Counted from the first letter of the stretch, positions 22,894-32,983 are shown. The stretch is 64,000 bases of DNA from Candidatus Eiseniibacteriota bacterium (GCA_043809585.1 JBDROZ010000070.1:79122-143121); one strand, 5' to 3'. Numbers and translations are program-made. Notes: generated by a model not told the origin, from the sequence alone.

Positions 22894-23301
22894 CTATTCT
22901 ACCAGGCCGAGGGCCGCGAGCACCTCTTCTTCCTTCACCTCACCCTGGAGAAGCCCGAGCACTCCGCCGTCCTCGGCGAGAAAATAGACCGCGGGAATGA
23001 CCATGAACGCCTTCTTCGCCCGGTAGCCCGACACCGCGTCCTCCTGCGTGTCGACGTGGAGGCGCTCCACGGGAATGTCCGAGCTTTCGAGCGCCCGGCT
23101 TAGCGCCGCCATCGTGCATTCCGTCCGTTCCCTGGTGCAGTCGCAGCAGTTCTCCATGTCGACGACCACGATCTTCGCGACCGGGCCCGTGACGGATTCG
23201 GCGCGCTCTCCATCCGATCCGGATCCGCATCCGGCGAAGAGGAAGGCCCCGAGGGCCGTGGCAAGGGCGGCGGCGAAAAAGACGGGCTGTTTCCGATCCA
23301 T
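22894..23301 (-). CDS. Cys-rich thioredoxin-like lipoprotein
   Basis: Lipobox FAGC; ENCCDCTRERTEC; IPAVYFL cis-Pro-like motif. Confidence 0.7.
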   Translation of the reverse strand: MDRKQPVFFAAALATALGAFLFAGCGSGSDGERAESVTGPVAKIVVVDMENCCDCTRERTECTMAALSRALESSDIPVERLHVDTQEDAVSGYRAKKAFMVIPAVYFLAEDGGVLGLLQGEVKEEEVLAALGLVE

Positions 23302-23319
23302 GACGGTGTCCTCTCCTTC

Positions 23320-24015
23320 CTAATGAAAGGCGAAGTAGATCCCCACGAGTATGATCACGACGCCGGACGCGCGGCGGAGAATGTCGCCCGCCCGAACCAG
23401 GTTTCTCGATTCCACGAGGCGGCGCGCGGCGCCCATGGAGGTGCCGGCGACGAGCACGAGAAGGCTGTGGCCGAGGGCGTAGACGAGGAGGAGGAATGCG
23501 CCGAAAGGGACCGACGCTTTCGCCCCGGCGAGATAGGTCAGAAGCACCACCAGCACCGGGGCGGCGCAGGGGGTCGAGACGAGGCCGAAGAGGGCGCCGA
23601 TGAGGAAGGCGCCGAGGAAGCCGGAGGCCCGGGGGCGAACGGAGGTGGGGCCCGGCAGGGGGATCTTCAGGAGCCCCGTGAGGTGGAGCCCCATGATCAC
23701 GCAGACACCGGTCAGGACGTAGCGCCACCAGAACGGGGTCTCCCCGTAGAGCAGCCCCGCCAGCGCGACGATCATGCCGAGAATGGTGAAGGCGACCGAG
23801 AGGCCGGCGACGAAGACGAGGGAGTAGGCGAACGCCCTTCCGGGGCCGACCCGATCCTCCCCACGGCCGGCCACGAAGGCCATCATGAGGGGGATCATGA
23901 CGATGACGCACGGGCTCGTCGCCGTGAGCGCGCCCCCCGTGAACACGGCGGCGATGGCGAGCCATGGATTGGTCTGGATGTAATCGCCGACGTTGGCGAT
24001 GAACCCGTCGATCAT
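23320..24015 (-). CDS. ccdA: CcdA/DsbD-type transmembrane disulfide reductase
   Basis: TATSPCVIVMIP and STPCAAPVL Cys motifs, ~6 TM helices. Confidence 0.9.
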   Translation of the reverse strand: MIDGFIANVGDYIQTNPWLAIAAVFTGGALTATSPCVIVMIPLMMAFVAGRGEDRVGPGRAFAYSLVFVAGLSVAFTILGMIVALAGLLYGETPFWWRYVLTGVCVIMGLHLTGLLKIPLPGPTSVRPRASGFLGAFLIGALFGLVSTPCAAPVLVVLLTYLAGAKASVPFGAFLLLVYALGHSLLVLVAGTSMGAARRLVESRNLVRAGDILRRASGVVIILVGIYFAFH

Positions 24016-24030
24016 GGCCGGTTTCCTCCG

Positions 24031-24279
24031 CTATTTCGCGGCCGCTCCCCCGCCGAGCATGGACGCGATCTCCGCGGCCCGCGGGACCCTTCCCGCGAAC
24101 TTCACCTCGCCGTCGACGACGAGGGCGGGAGTCATCATCACGCCGTGAGCGAGGATCTCGTCCAGCTTCTGCACTTTCCGGATATCCGCCTCGATGCCTA
24201 GTTCCGCGATCGCCTCCTTCGTCCGCGCGAAGAGCGTCTCACAGTTCGGGCATCCCGGCCCGAGCACCCTGATTTCCAT
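24031..24279 (-). CDS. Small redox-active disulfide protein (MTH895-like thioredoxin family)
   Basis: VLGPGCPNC, GVMMTPALVVDGEV..GRVP. Confidence 0.9.
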   Translation of the reverse strand: MEIRVLGPGCPNCETLFARTKEAIAELGIEADIRKVQKLDEILAHGVMMTPALVVDGEVKFAGRVPRAAEIASMLGGGAAAK

Positions 24280-24331
24280 CGATTCCTCCCCCATTCGTGT
24301 CAGATACTCGTGTCTGTCCCTTGCGGGAAGT

Positions 24332-25495
24332 CTACGAGAAGGCGCCGAAAAGCAGGCCGGCGATCGCCGAGAAGATCGTCACGGCGCCCACGTACGCCAC
24401 CGTCTTCTTCGTGCCGATCACGGAGCGAATGACCAGCATGTTCGGAAGGGAGACGGCGGGGCCGGCGAGCAGGAGCGCCAGCGAAGGCCCGTCCCCCATG
24501 CCCGACGCCCGGAGCCCTTCCAGGATCGGCACCTCCGTGAGGGTCGCGAAGTACATGAACGCCCCGGCGATGGAGGCGAAGAAGTTCGCGCCGGAGCCGT
24601 TCCCCCCGACCGCCCGCTCGATCCAACTCCGTGGGATCAAGCCCCGTCCCCCCTCGGGTCCGCCGAGAAGAAACCCCGCGACGACGACCCCCACGAGGAG
24701 CAGAGGGAGGATCTTCTTCGCGAACATCCAGCTTCCGTCGATCCACTCACGAAGTTCGTCACCATCGAACCACCTGAGGAGCGCGATGATCGTCACCGCG
24801 AGGAACCCCCCCGCGACGATCCATTTGGCCGAGTGGATCGCGGCCCAGAGGCCATTCTCCTCTCCGGATGGCCGTCCCCAATTGGCGAAGACCAGAAAGC
24901 CGACCATGGCGGCGATGGCGACCCCGTCCTGGGCGAGGGTTCGTCTCCGCGTCTCTTCCGGCGCCGTGGCCGCCGCCCGCGTCTTCTCGCTCTTCCGGAA
25001 GAGAATCTGCATGACCAGGCCGATGAGAACGGCGAAGAGCACCGCGCCCACCGCCCGCGCCGCCCCGATCCCGGCGCCGAGGATCCGGGCGGTCAAGATG
25101 ATGGCGAGCACGTTGATCGCCGGCCCCGAATAGAGGAACGCCGAAGCCGGACCGATACCGGCGCCCCGCGCGTAGATGCCCGCGAAGAGGGGGAGAACCG
25201 TGCAGGAGCAGACCGCGAGGACCGTTCCCGATACGGCCGCCACCGGATAGGCGACGAGCATGGGCGCCGCCGGGCCGAGGCATTTCAAGACCGCCCCCTG
25301 GCGAACGAACACGCTGATGGCGCCGGCAATGAAGAAGGCGGGGACGAGACAGAGAATGACGTGCTCCCTCGCGTACCAACGCACGAGGGCGAGGCTCTCG
25401 CCGACGGGCCCCTCGCCGCCGAATCGGTCCGCCGGCAGGAACCAGCAAACGAGGAACAAGACGAAAGCGAGCGCGAGCTTGTGGCGTTCCTTCAT
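24332..25495 (-). CDS. ArsP/DUF318 family permease
   Basis: EHVILCLVPAFFIAGAI, LAVCSCTVLPLFAGIY, FLYSGPAIN, MYFATLTEVPI, LLAGPAVSLP. Confidence 0.92.
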   Translation of the reverse strand: MKERHKLALAFVLFLVCWFLPADRFGGEGPVGESLALVRWYAREHVILCLVPAFFIAGAISVFVRQGAVLKCLGPAAPMLVAYPVAAVSGTVLAVCSCTVLPLFAGIYARGAGIGPASAFLYSGPAINVLAIILTARILGAGIGAARAVGAVLFAVLIGLVMQILFRKSEKTRAAATAPEETRRRTLAQDGVAIAAMVGFLVFANWGRPSGEENGLWAAIHSAKWIVAGGFLAVTIIALLRWFDGDELREWIDGSWMFAKKILPLLLVGVVVAGFLLGGPEGGRGLIPRSWIERAVGGNGSGANFFASIAGAFMYFATLTEVPILEGLRASGMGDGPSLALLLAGPAVSLPNMLVIRSVIGTKKTVAYVGAVTIFSAIAGLLFGAFS

Positions 25496-25544
25496 CGGGG
25501 GGAATTCCTCCCGGCCCGCCCTCGAGGGGGAGGGCCGTCGCGCC

Positions 25545-25862
25545 CTACGGCCCCTCTTTCAGCACCCGGGTCGCACAGGAGAAGAAGTCGAGCACGCACG
25601 GCGTGAGAAGCCGGTAGAAGACCGAGGTCCCCTCGCGCCGGTCGGAAACGATCCCGTGGGTCCGGAGGACGGCCAGATGCTTGGAGACCGTCGACTGGTC
25701 GAGGCCGATCATCTTGGTCAGGTCCCCGACGGAGCACTCGCCCCGGGCAAGCCGGTCGATGATCATGAGCCTTGTCTCGTTCGCCAGTGCCCGGAGCACC
25801 TTGGCCTGGAGGCGGTACATCTCACGGTACTGCATCCCCTTCTTCTCGGTACGGGTCGCCAT
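25545..25862 (-). CDS. ArsR/SmtB family transcriptional repressor
   Basis: KVLRALANETRLMII, DQSTVSKHLAVLR..GIV, C-terminal PCVLDFFSC. Confidence 0.93.
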   Translation of the reverse strand: MATRTEKKGMQYREMYRLQAKVLRALANETRLMIIDRLARGECSVGDLTKMIGLDQSTVSKHLAVLRTHGIVSDRREGTSVFYRLLTPCVLDFFSCATRVLKEGP

Positions 25863-25885
25863 GGCATCCTCCTTGCGGGAGCATG

Positions 25886-25914
25886 ATTATATGGCAATAT
25901 GGCCATATAGTCAA
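25886..25914 (-). promoter_or_regulatory. Sigma70 promoter TTGACT-N17-TATAAT overlapped by an ArsR-type operator palindrome
   Basis: -35 at 25914-25909, -10 at 25891-25886; palindrome TATATGGC-AATATG-GCCATATA at 25888-25909. Confidence 0.88.
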
Positions 25915-26033
25915 GAAGCCACGTCGACGGGGGATCGGGGGGGGCGGTCCTTGATCCCCGGCCCCTTCCGGCGTAACCTGTTCGGGGTACGTCGGTAAAC
26001 GCGTGTTTTGCGCTCCGGGTCCGGGAGAGGGAG

Positions 26034-26939
26034 ATGAATCGGCACGAGGCGGGCCTTCAGGCGTCCGGAACGTCGGTGGCGGTCAACATCATCCTGGCCG
26101 TCGTCAAGGTGGCGACGGGATTGGTGGGGCATTCGTACGCCCTCGTGGCGGACGGCATCGAATCGATGGCGGACGTCATCTCGTCGGTGATCGTCTGGAG
26201 CGGTCTCCGTTTCTCCGCCCGTCCGCCCGACCGGACCCATCCGTACGGGCACGGCAAGGCGGAGTCCCTCGCCGGCATCGCGGTCCCGATCTTTCTTCTC
26301 GTCGCCGCGGTGGTGATCGCGCTCCAGAGTATTCGCACGATCCTCTCCCCCCGGGGGGTCCCCGCCTGGTACACCCTCGTCGTGCTCGGCCTGGTGATTC
26401 TCGTGAAGGAGTGGATGTTTCGCAGGCTGGACCGGACGGGCCGCGAAATCGGCAGCACCTCCCTCAAGGGGGACGCGTGGCACCACCGGTCCGACGCGCT
26501 CACCTCCTTAGCGGCCTTCATCGGAATCGCCATCGCCCTCGCCGGGGGCCCCCGGTACGCCTCCGCCGACGGGTGGGCGGCCGTCGTCGCGGCGGTCTTC
26601 ATCTTCGCCAACGGCGTCCGCCTCCTCCGGCCCGCGGTGGACGAGGTGATGGACGCCGCGGTGGACGAGGAGACGATCGGCAAGATCCGGAGCGCCGCGT
26701 CGGAGGTGGACGGTGTGGTGGACGTAGAGAAGTGCCGGGCCCGGAAGAGCGGCCTCGGGCTCCTGACCGACATTCACGTGGTGGTGGACGGAAAGATCAG
26801 CGTGAGGGAGGGCCACAGAATCGGCCACGACGTGAAGGACCGGGTCGTCGAATCGTCCCTCGGCGTCTACGACGTGGTGGTGCACATCGAGCCTGACGAC
26901 CTGGATCATGAGTGCGAAGTGGACCAGAGACCGGACTGA
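26034..26939 (+). CDS. Cation diffusion facilitator (FieF-like) metal transporter
   Basis: SYALVADGIESMADV, HPYGHGKAE, DAWHHRSDA, VVVHIEP. Confidence 0.93.
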   Translation: MNRHEAGLQASGTSVAVNIILAVVKVATGLVGHSYALVADGIESMADVISSVIVWSGLRFSARPPDRTHPYGHGKAESLAGIAVPIFLLVAAVVIALQSIRTILSPRGVPAWYTLVVLGLVILVKEWMFRRLDRTGREIGSTSLKGDAWHHRSDALTSLAAFIGIAIALAGGPRYASADGWAAVVAAVFIFANGVRLLRPAVDEVMDAAVDEETIGKIRSAASEVDGVVDVEKCRARKSGLGLLTDIHVVVDGKISVREGHRIGHDVKDRVVESSLGVYDVVVHIEPDDLDHECEVDQRPD

Positions 26940-26955
26940 GGGCGCGGCCCGGCGG

Positions 26956-29900
26956 CTATCGGATCAGCACCATCTTTTTCCGGTACGTCTCGCCCGCCGC
27001 CTTCGCCCGGACGAAGTAGACACCGCTCGGCGCGTCCCGCCCCTCGTCGTCCTTTCCGTTCCACGCGACGGCGCTCGTCTTTCCGCCGGGCAGTTCGCCC
27101 CGGAAGAGGGAGGCGACTTTCCGTCCCCGCACGTCGAAGAGGTCGATGGACGCCGGGATCGAACCGGTGCCGGGGAGCTCCAGCTCGATCGTGGTTCGCG
27201 GATTGAAGGGGTTCGGGAAGTTCCGGAGGCGCGCCGCCCCGCGGGGAGGCGCGTCGTCCCCCGCCACCTCGGTGGAGACGCTCCGGTAGGCGGTCTCTTC
27301 GTAGGCGACGGTGACGGCCGAGGGGCCGGCCCCCGGGCTCCGCACCTGCACGTAGCGGAAGTTGTTCGGCGAGGGGACCGGCAGGGGACCGGAGGAAGCC
27401 GCCCACGGTTCCCATTCGACGAGGGCCACATCGTCGAACCGGGCGACGCCTGTCCCCGAACCGGGCGGTTCGGAGAAGCAACGCACGTCGAAGTAAAGCC
27501 CGTTCTCCGGGGTGTCCAGGTTCTTCCATCGCCGCGTCCACCCGGCGTCGCCGGAGAGGGCCGGCCCGGCCGTATCGACCGCGGCCGGCGTGGAGGTGTA
27601 GCGGCTGCCGTAGAACCGGTTCGTGAGCCACGAATCGCCCGCCCCCTCGGCCGTCACGTAACCGACCAGGGAGTGTTCCTTCGCCGGGTCCGCCGGAAGG
27701 TACTTTTCGAGATCGGTCCCGACCGAGGTGTTGTCGTTTCCGTCCCGCCGGAGGGCGAGGGAGCGGAGCCCCGTCCGCGCCACCGTCTCGTCGAGCCACT
27801 CGTCCCCGCTGTTGACGTCCCAGAAGGTCGCCCCCTCGTCCTCGAACCCGCCGTGCCACAAGACATCCCGGCCCCAGCGGACCTCCCACGACATCCCGGC
27901 GCCTTCGACGGAGAGGACGCGCGACAGGTTTCCCTCCCCCGCGAGAGGCAGGGGGGGCGAGATCCACGCCCCATCCTCTTCCACGAGCGAGTCGACCGCG
28001 GCCGACGCGGAAACGGTCGAGTCTGACTCGCTCCGGGAGAGATAGATCCGTCCGTGGTTCTCGTCCGGGAAGACGGCGACGAGGGCGTCCATGGGGCGGG
28101 AGTAATCGGCGACGCGGTCCATGATCTCCCGGCCGAGAGCGCCCGTGGCGGGGCGCGGGATCCAATCGTCGATCCACGCGGGCGCGAATGTGTAGCCGAC
28201 GATCCCCTCCTTGTCGATTTCGAGGGTGAGCACCAAGGTCGGCATCGTTTCGGGGTAGTAGAGATCGAAGATGAAATTGCCGAGGCTGTGGGCGATCAGC
28301 TTGCCGTCGTACGACTCGAATCCCTGAAGGACGTGGGGGTGGTGATTGATCACGACGTCGGCGCCCATGTCCGCCGCGAGCCGCCGGAGCTGCCGATCGC
28401 CGAGGGTCGGCTCCACCCGGAAGCGGAACTCCGGATCGCTCTCGGAGATCTCCGCCGCCTCGATCGGGGGCGGCCGGTCGAATGCCTTCCCCGGAGGGGG
28501 CGCCGTGTCGTACTCGTCGCCGCTGTGAAGCTGGATGATCACCACGTCCGCCTGCGCCCGGGCGGCGGGAATCGCCGATTCCAGGCTGGGCGGCAGCAGA
28601 TAACCGAAGCCCGGCTTGTTGTAGCCCGCGTCGAGGAATGGCTGGTAGTTCCAGGTGCGCCCGTCCCGGTTGCACTGGCCGAGGAACGCCATCCGCACGC
28701 CCTTCTCCGTATAGAACGCCGGGAGGAGGGCGAAGTAGTCGTTGGTTCCCGCGCCCGAGTGTCCGATGCCGAGGCTGTCGAGCAGGTGCGCGGTCTGGAG
28801 CAGGCCCTCCTCGCCGTAGTCGACGATGTGGTTGTTCCCGAGGGTCACGAGGTCGACGCCGGCGTACCGGATGCCCTCGATGTTCTCCGGCCGGCTCCGG
28901 AAGACGACGCTCTTCGTCGGGTGGGGCTCGCCCCGGTCGGTGTACGCGCACTCGAGATTGGCGACGTTCACCTCCGCCGCCTGCCCGAAGATCCCGAGGG
29001 TCGGCTCGAAGAGGGCCTCGATCCCGTACGTGTCGATGATGCCCCCGGGGCTCTCGTATCCCCGGCCGGTGAAGACGTCGCCGACGAAGTTCACCTTGAT
29101 CGGCAGCTCGCCGTAGCCCGGTTCGACGCGGACTTGGGCCGTGTCCGATCCGACGAGCCCGTCCCCGTCCCGGACGAGAAGCCCCACGGTGTAGGTGTAG
29201 TCCGCCTCGACGAGAAACTCGTGGGCCGGATTCTCCTCGGTGCTCGCCGTTCCGTCGCCGAAATCCCAATGGAAGTCGTGGTCCGGAGAGTCGGGATCGT
29301 AGACGTTGCCAGTGAATTGGACGCCCACGCGCCACAGGTTCTTTCCGATCTTCTTCTGGCTCTCCACGGTGTAGAGGATCGACACCTCGGGGGGAACCGG
29401 CAGGTCGGCGGTGACGTCGGCGATCTCGTCGAACCGGATTTCTCCGGCGGGCCCGGAGTCGTCGTCGTTCACGTAGACGAGGGTCGTGATCGACGGGAGA
29501 TACCCGTGGGCGGCCAGCCAGTCCCGTCCGATCGGCAAGAGATATCCGTACCACGCCTCTTCGTCGAAGGCCCCCTGGTAGACCGTGTACCACTGGTTCC
29601 CTTCGGGGAGCTGCTCGCCGCCGAAGGTGTAGATGAGCTCGTTCGCTCCGTCGCCGACGCCGAAACCCTGCATCTCTCCGAGCCGCTCGACGACTCCCGC
29701 CACGCGCCAGACCGTGGCGGAGTCGACCGCCACCGTGTCGATCGCCTGGGTTTTCCACGTGTTGCCGTAGAGGCGGAGCGCGTAGACTCCGCCGTAAGGA
29801 GAAAGGGCCGTCACCTCCCACGACGAAGGGTCCTGGTCCTGTCCCGGGTAGCTTTCGAGAACCACGGAACCGCTCTCGAAATCCTCGATGACGTCGCTTC

Positions 29901-29970
29901 GTCCGGCAAGGAGGGACGGGGCGAAATACAGAAGGGGAGCAAGGGCAAGCAGGGCGCCGAGCTTCCGCAT
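26956..29970 (-). CDS. Secreted CapA-family metallophosphatase-fold protein with PKD domain and FlgD-Ig/T9SS-like tail
   Basis: Signal peptide; WDFGDG PKD; VGDV, ANLE, LGNNHIVDYG, LHSGDEY, HHPHVLQG, HSLGNFIFD; FPNPFNPRT...GVYF..KKMVLIR. Confidence 0.88.
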   Translation of the reverse strand: MRKLGALLALAPLLYFAPSLLAGRSDVIEDFESGSVVLESYPGQDQDPSSWEVTALSPYGGVYALRLYGNTWKTQAIDTVAVDSATVWRVAGVVERLGEMQGFGVGDGANELIYTFGGEQLPEGNQWYTVYQGAFDEEAWYGYLLPIGRDWLAAHGYLPSITTLVYVNDDDSGPAGEIRFDEIADVTADLPVPPEVSILYTVESQKKIGKNLWRVGVQFTGNVYDPDSPDHDFHWDFGDGTASTEENPAHEFLVEADYTYTVGLLVRDGDGLVGSDTAQVRVEPGYGELPIKVNFVGDVFTGRGYESPGGIIDTYGIEALFEPTLGIFGQAAEVNVANLECAYTDRGEPHPTKSVVFRSRPENIEGIRYAGVDLVTLGNNHIVDYGEEGLLQTAHLLDSLGIGHSGAGTNDYFALLPAFYTEKGVRMAFLGQCNRDGRTWNYQPFLDAGYNKPGFGYLLPPSLESAIPAARAQADVVIIQLHSGDEYDTAPPPGKAFDRPPPIEAAEISESDPEFRFRVEPTLGDRQLRRLAADMGADVVINHHPHVLQGFESYDGKLIAHSLGNFIFDLYYPETMPTLVLTLEIDKEGIVGYTFAPAWIDDWIPRPATGALGREIMDRVADYSRPMDALVAVFPDENHGRIYLSRSESDSTVSASAAVDSLVEEDGAWISPPLPLAGEGNLSRVLSVEGAGMSWEVRWGRDVLWHGGFEDEGATFWDVNSGDEWLDETVARTGLRSLALRRDGNDNTSVGTDLEKYLPADPAKEHSLVGYVTAEGAGDSWLTNRFYGSRYTSTPAAVDTAGPALSGDAGWTRRWKNLDTPENGLYFDVRCFSEPPGSGTGVARFDDVALVEWEPWAASSGPLPVPSPNNFRYVQVRSPGAGPSAVTVAYEETAYRSVSTEVAGDDAPPRGAARLRNFPNPFNPRTTIELELPGTGSIPASIDLFDVRGRKVASLFRGELPGGKTSAVAWNGKDDEGRDAPSGVYFVRAKAAGETYRKKMVLIR

Positions 29971-30135
29971 GGGGATCTCCCTCGCGGCCGGAGTCGCGTT
30001 CGAAGGGGCGAAATCGATCTCGAATGCACTCATTATATCACGTCCCGGCCGCGGTTTTCGTTGGCTCTTGGGCCGGGGACGCCCGATCGGCTAGGATGGA
30101 GGGACGAACGACCCGATCCACCGAGGAGAACGCCC

Positions 30136-31455
30136 ATGACGATGATCCATACCCTTCGCGCCCTGGCCCTGCTTTTCCTGCCTCTCCTGGCGGCGGAACC
30201 GCTCCGCGCGGGGGGGGCGCTCCCCCTTGGAGGCTTCGATCCCCTGGTGGAGAAGCATCTCGCCCGAACCCTCGAGGACCGGCGCTGGTTTCACGCCCAC
30301 CCGGAACTCGCCCTCCGGGAGCACGAAAGCCGGAAGAGAATCGTGGAAGCCCTCTCCCGGATTCCGGGGATGGAGATCGTCGACGGCGAGTGGGGTACGG
30401 GGGTCGTCGCCGTTCTCCGGAGTGGAAACGGCGGGCCTCTCGTGGCGTGGCGCGCGGACATGGACGGCCTGCCCATCGAAGAGAAGACCGGTCTCTCCTA
30501 TGCGTCGACGAAGACCGACACGCTCGGCGGCGTGGAGACGGCCCTCAGCCACGCGTGCGGCCACGACATCCACATGAGCGTCGCCCTCGGCGCCGCCCGG
30601 GTCCTCTCTGAAATTCGGCGCGACCTCGCCGGAGACGTGCTCTGGATCTTCCAGCCCGCCGAGGAAACCGGCGAGGGCTCGGAGAGGATGCTCGCCGCGG
30701 GGCTCTTCGACGACGGGCGCATGCCGAAGAGCGTTCTCGCCCTTCACGATCACCCGACCCTGTTCACCGGCCAGGTCGGGTCGTGTCCGGGATGGGCGAG
30801 CGCCAACGTCGACGTCTTCCGCCTCACCGTGAAGGGGAAGGGGGGCCACGGGGCCTATCCCCACCGGACGATCGACCCTGTCGCGCTCGCGGCGAAAATG
30901 GTGCTCGCCTTCAACGATGTCGTCGCGAGGGAGATCGACGTGAACCGCCAGGCCGTCATCTCGGTGGGGAGCATTCAGGGGGGGACGAAGAGCAGCGTCA
31001 TCCCCGACGAAGTGGTGCTGAAGGCGACGGTCCGCACCCGCGACGAAGAGACGCGCATGGCGGTGAAGGAGAAGATCGAGCGGACCGTTTCCGGCCTGGC
31101 GGTGTCGGCGGGCGCGCCGGAACCGACGATCGAGTACTTCCTCGGGACGCCCTCCGGTTACAATGATCCGGCCCTGACCGTGCGGGTCAGGGCGACGGTG
31201 AGGGAACTGCTCGGCGCGGAGGCGGACGTGGAGTACGATCCGGGTATGGGGGGCGAGGATTTTTCCCGGTACGGGCAGATCGTTCCCGGGTTTCAGTTCC
31301 GTCTCGGCGTCGCGCCCGAGGGGGTGGAGGACATGGCCCTTCACAGCTCCGATTTCAATCCCGACGAGAAGGCGATACCCGTCGGCATGCGGGTGGTCTC
31401 CGCCGTCCTCTACCGGGAGCTGATCGCCCAGCGGGAGATGGCGGGATCTCATTGA
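30136..31455 (+). CDS. M20 family amidohydrolase with signal peptide
   Basis: HAHPEL, RADMDGLPI, HACGHD, FQPAEE, GKGGHGAYPH, MGGEDFS, LHSSDF. Confidence 0.92.
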   Translation: MTMIHTLRALALLFLPLLAAEPLRAGGALPLGGFDPLVEKHLARTLEDRRWFHAHPELALREHESRKRIVEALSRIPGMEIVDGEWGTGVVAVLRSGNGGPLVAWRADMDGLPIEEKTGLSYASTKTDTLGGVETALSHACGHDIHMSVALGAARVLSEIRRDLAGDVLWIFQPAEETGEGSERMLAAGLFDDGRMPKSVLALHDHPTLFTGQVGSCPGWASANVDVFRLTVKGKGGHGAYPHRTIDPVALAAKMVLAFNDVVAREIDVNRQAVISVGSIQGGTKSSVIPDEVVLKATVRTRDEETRMAVKEKIERTVSGLAVSAGAPEPTIEYFLGTPSGYNDPALTVRVRATVRELLGAEADVEYDPGMGGEDFSRYGQIVPGFQFRLGVAPEGVEDMALHSSDFNPDEKAIPVGMRVVSAVLYRELIAQREMAGSH

Positions 31456-31511
31456 GCGGGACCGGGAAGAGACGCAGGCGACGCCCGGCTGCTGTTCCTA
31501 TTAATATATTC

Positions 31512-32207
31512 TCAGTGGCTTGATGTGGTGGAGATGACCGCCGGGAGGATTACCGCAACCATCACCGCCGCCTGCATCGCCTCGATTGCCTCCCGCGTGG
31601 CCTTGCCGGTAAGTTCGCCGTCGACGATCCGCTCGATCTGCTTCTTCCGCTCTTTCAGTTTCTTCTTTTCGAAGGGGATCTTGAGGAGGTCCGCCGCCTT
31701 CGCGATGGAGACGAGGACGGCGGTGCGGGGGGCCACGTCGCCGGTGTCCCGGAAGATCGCATTCCGGAGGCGCTCGATCATCTCCCGCTCCGGCTTCGGA
31801 TCGATCTCGGGATAGAGGGTTCGTTTGAAGACGAGGAGGACCTTGTCTTCCTCGGCCCGGAGGATTCGCTTCCTGCAGAGCCCCTCGGCGACCCGGCGCT
31901 TCAAGCGCGCCATCCGCCGGAAGCGCATCACCCAGTTCTTGAGGGACGCGCGGCGTTTGGCCGTGGCGATCTTCCTCAGGGCTTCGTCGAGCACGTCGTC
32001 TCCGGTGGGAGTTCCGTCGACGAGGTCGACGAGTTTCTTCTTCTTCGACTTCTCGTCGATCCGAATCCGTTCGAGCAGGAGGAGCTCGGCGATCATGGCC
32101 CCGGCGAGAGGGAATTCGATGCAGGTGCTCGACGGGACGGTCCCCTTTTCATCGCGAAGGGCGAGAAGCAGGACCTCCTCGTGAAGGAAAAGCTCGTTCT
32201 TCTTCAT
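31512..32207 (-). CDS. GPP34 (GOLPH3/Vps74) family protein
   Basis: LHEEVLLLALRDEKG, LAGAMIAELLL, TGDDVLDEAL, KVLLVFKRTLYP. Confidence 0.85.
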   Translation of the reverse strand: MKKNELFLHEEVLLLALRDEKGTVPSSTCIEFPLAGAMIAELLLLERIRIDEKSKKKKLVDLVDGTPTGDDVLDEALRKIATAKRRASLKNWVMRFRRMARLKRRVAEGLCRKRILRAEEDKVLLVFKRTLYPEIDPKPEREMIERLRNAIFRDTGDVAPRTAVLVSIAKAADLLKIPFEKKKLKERKKQIERIVDGELTGKATREAIEAMQAAVMVAVILPAVISTTSSH

Positions 32208-32568
32208 GACCGTTCCTTTCCGCGGTACGGGGGACCGGACGTGTGCGCTTTGGACGACACCGATTCTATCGGTTTTTGTACCGGCACGTATACCGCGGAG
32301 GGGCCGGAGATATTCGGGGGGAAGGGCGATCATCCGCACAACCACCGGAGAGTGGAAGCCGGGAACCTCAAGGCAGGCTGCGAGTTCCGTCATGTCCGGA
32401 ACAAGGATTTCGACGTCCTGCTCCGGCCGGCCCTTGAAATCGGCCGAAGAGAGCCGGAGAGACGGCGGAACAAGAATGTGTGATATTCGGGTTTCCTGCG
32501 GGTCAACGGACGAGAATCGGACCAGACATGCCTAGGGGGCCCATGATCTCGGAAAGGTCGGATCGAAC

Positions 32569-32955
32569 ATGAGCAGGCGCCGGATTCTCCTCTCCCTTCT
32601 CCTCGTCACGGCGGTGGGCTTCGGCTGCAAGTTCTACGGCGGCCCGGCGGCGGGATGGGTGCGGAATTCTCTGGCCGGAGCGTTCTACGAGATCTTCTGG
32701 TGCCTCTCGATTTTCCTCGTCCGGCGGCGCCCCTCGCCCGCGAAGATCGCCCTCTCCGTATTCGCCGTGACCACGGCCCTCGAGTTCCTCCAGCTCGTCC
32801 GGCACCCCGCCCTCGAACCGATCCGGGCGAACTTTGTCGGCCAGGCCCTCGTCGGCAACCAGTTCACTTGGGCCGATTTTCCCTACTACGTCGCCGGATG
32901 CTTCGCGGGGTGGGTGTGGATGAAGAAGCTGAAGAGATCGGGCTCTTTCCGGTGA
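32569..32955 (+). CDS. DUF2809 family membrane protein
   Basis: LEFLQL..P.LE.IR..FVGQALVGNQFTWADFPYYVAG. Confidence 0.8.
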   Translation: MSRRRILLSLLLVTAVGFGCKFYGGPAAGWVRNSLAGAFYEIFWCLSIFLVRRRPSPAKIALSVFAVTTALEFLQLVRHPALEPIRANFVGQALVGNQFTWADFPYYVAGCFAGWVWMKKLKRSGSFR

Positions 32956-32983
32956 TCTCGGAGACGCGGACCCTCGCCGGCAT

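Noticed and set aside
28054-30135. ~690-aa N-terminal extension of the M20 amidohydrolase
   Set aside because: Antisense to the CapA-family gene; the real start with SD and signal peptide is at 30136
31512-32207. GOLPH3-like protein as a eukaryotic signature
   Set aside because: The GPP34 family is widespread in bacteria
32210-32560. Short ORFs or an N-terminal extension of GPP34
   Set aside because: No recognisable motif or convincing SD; GPP34 has an SD-supported start at 32207
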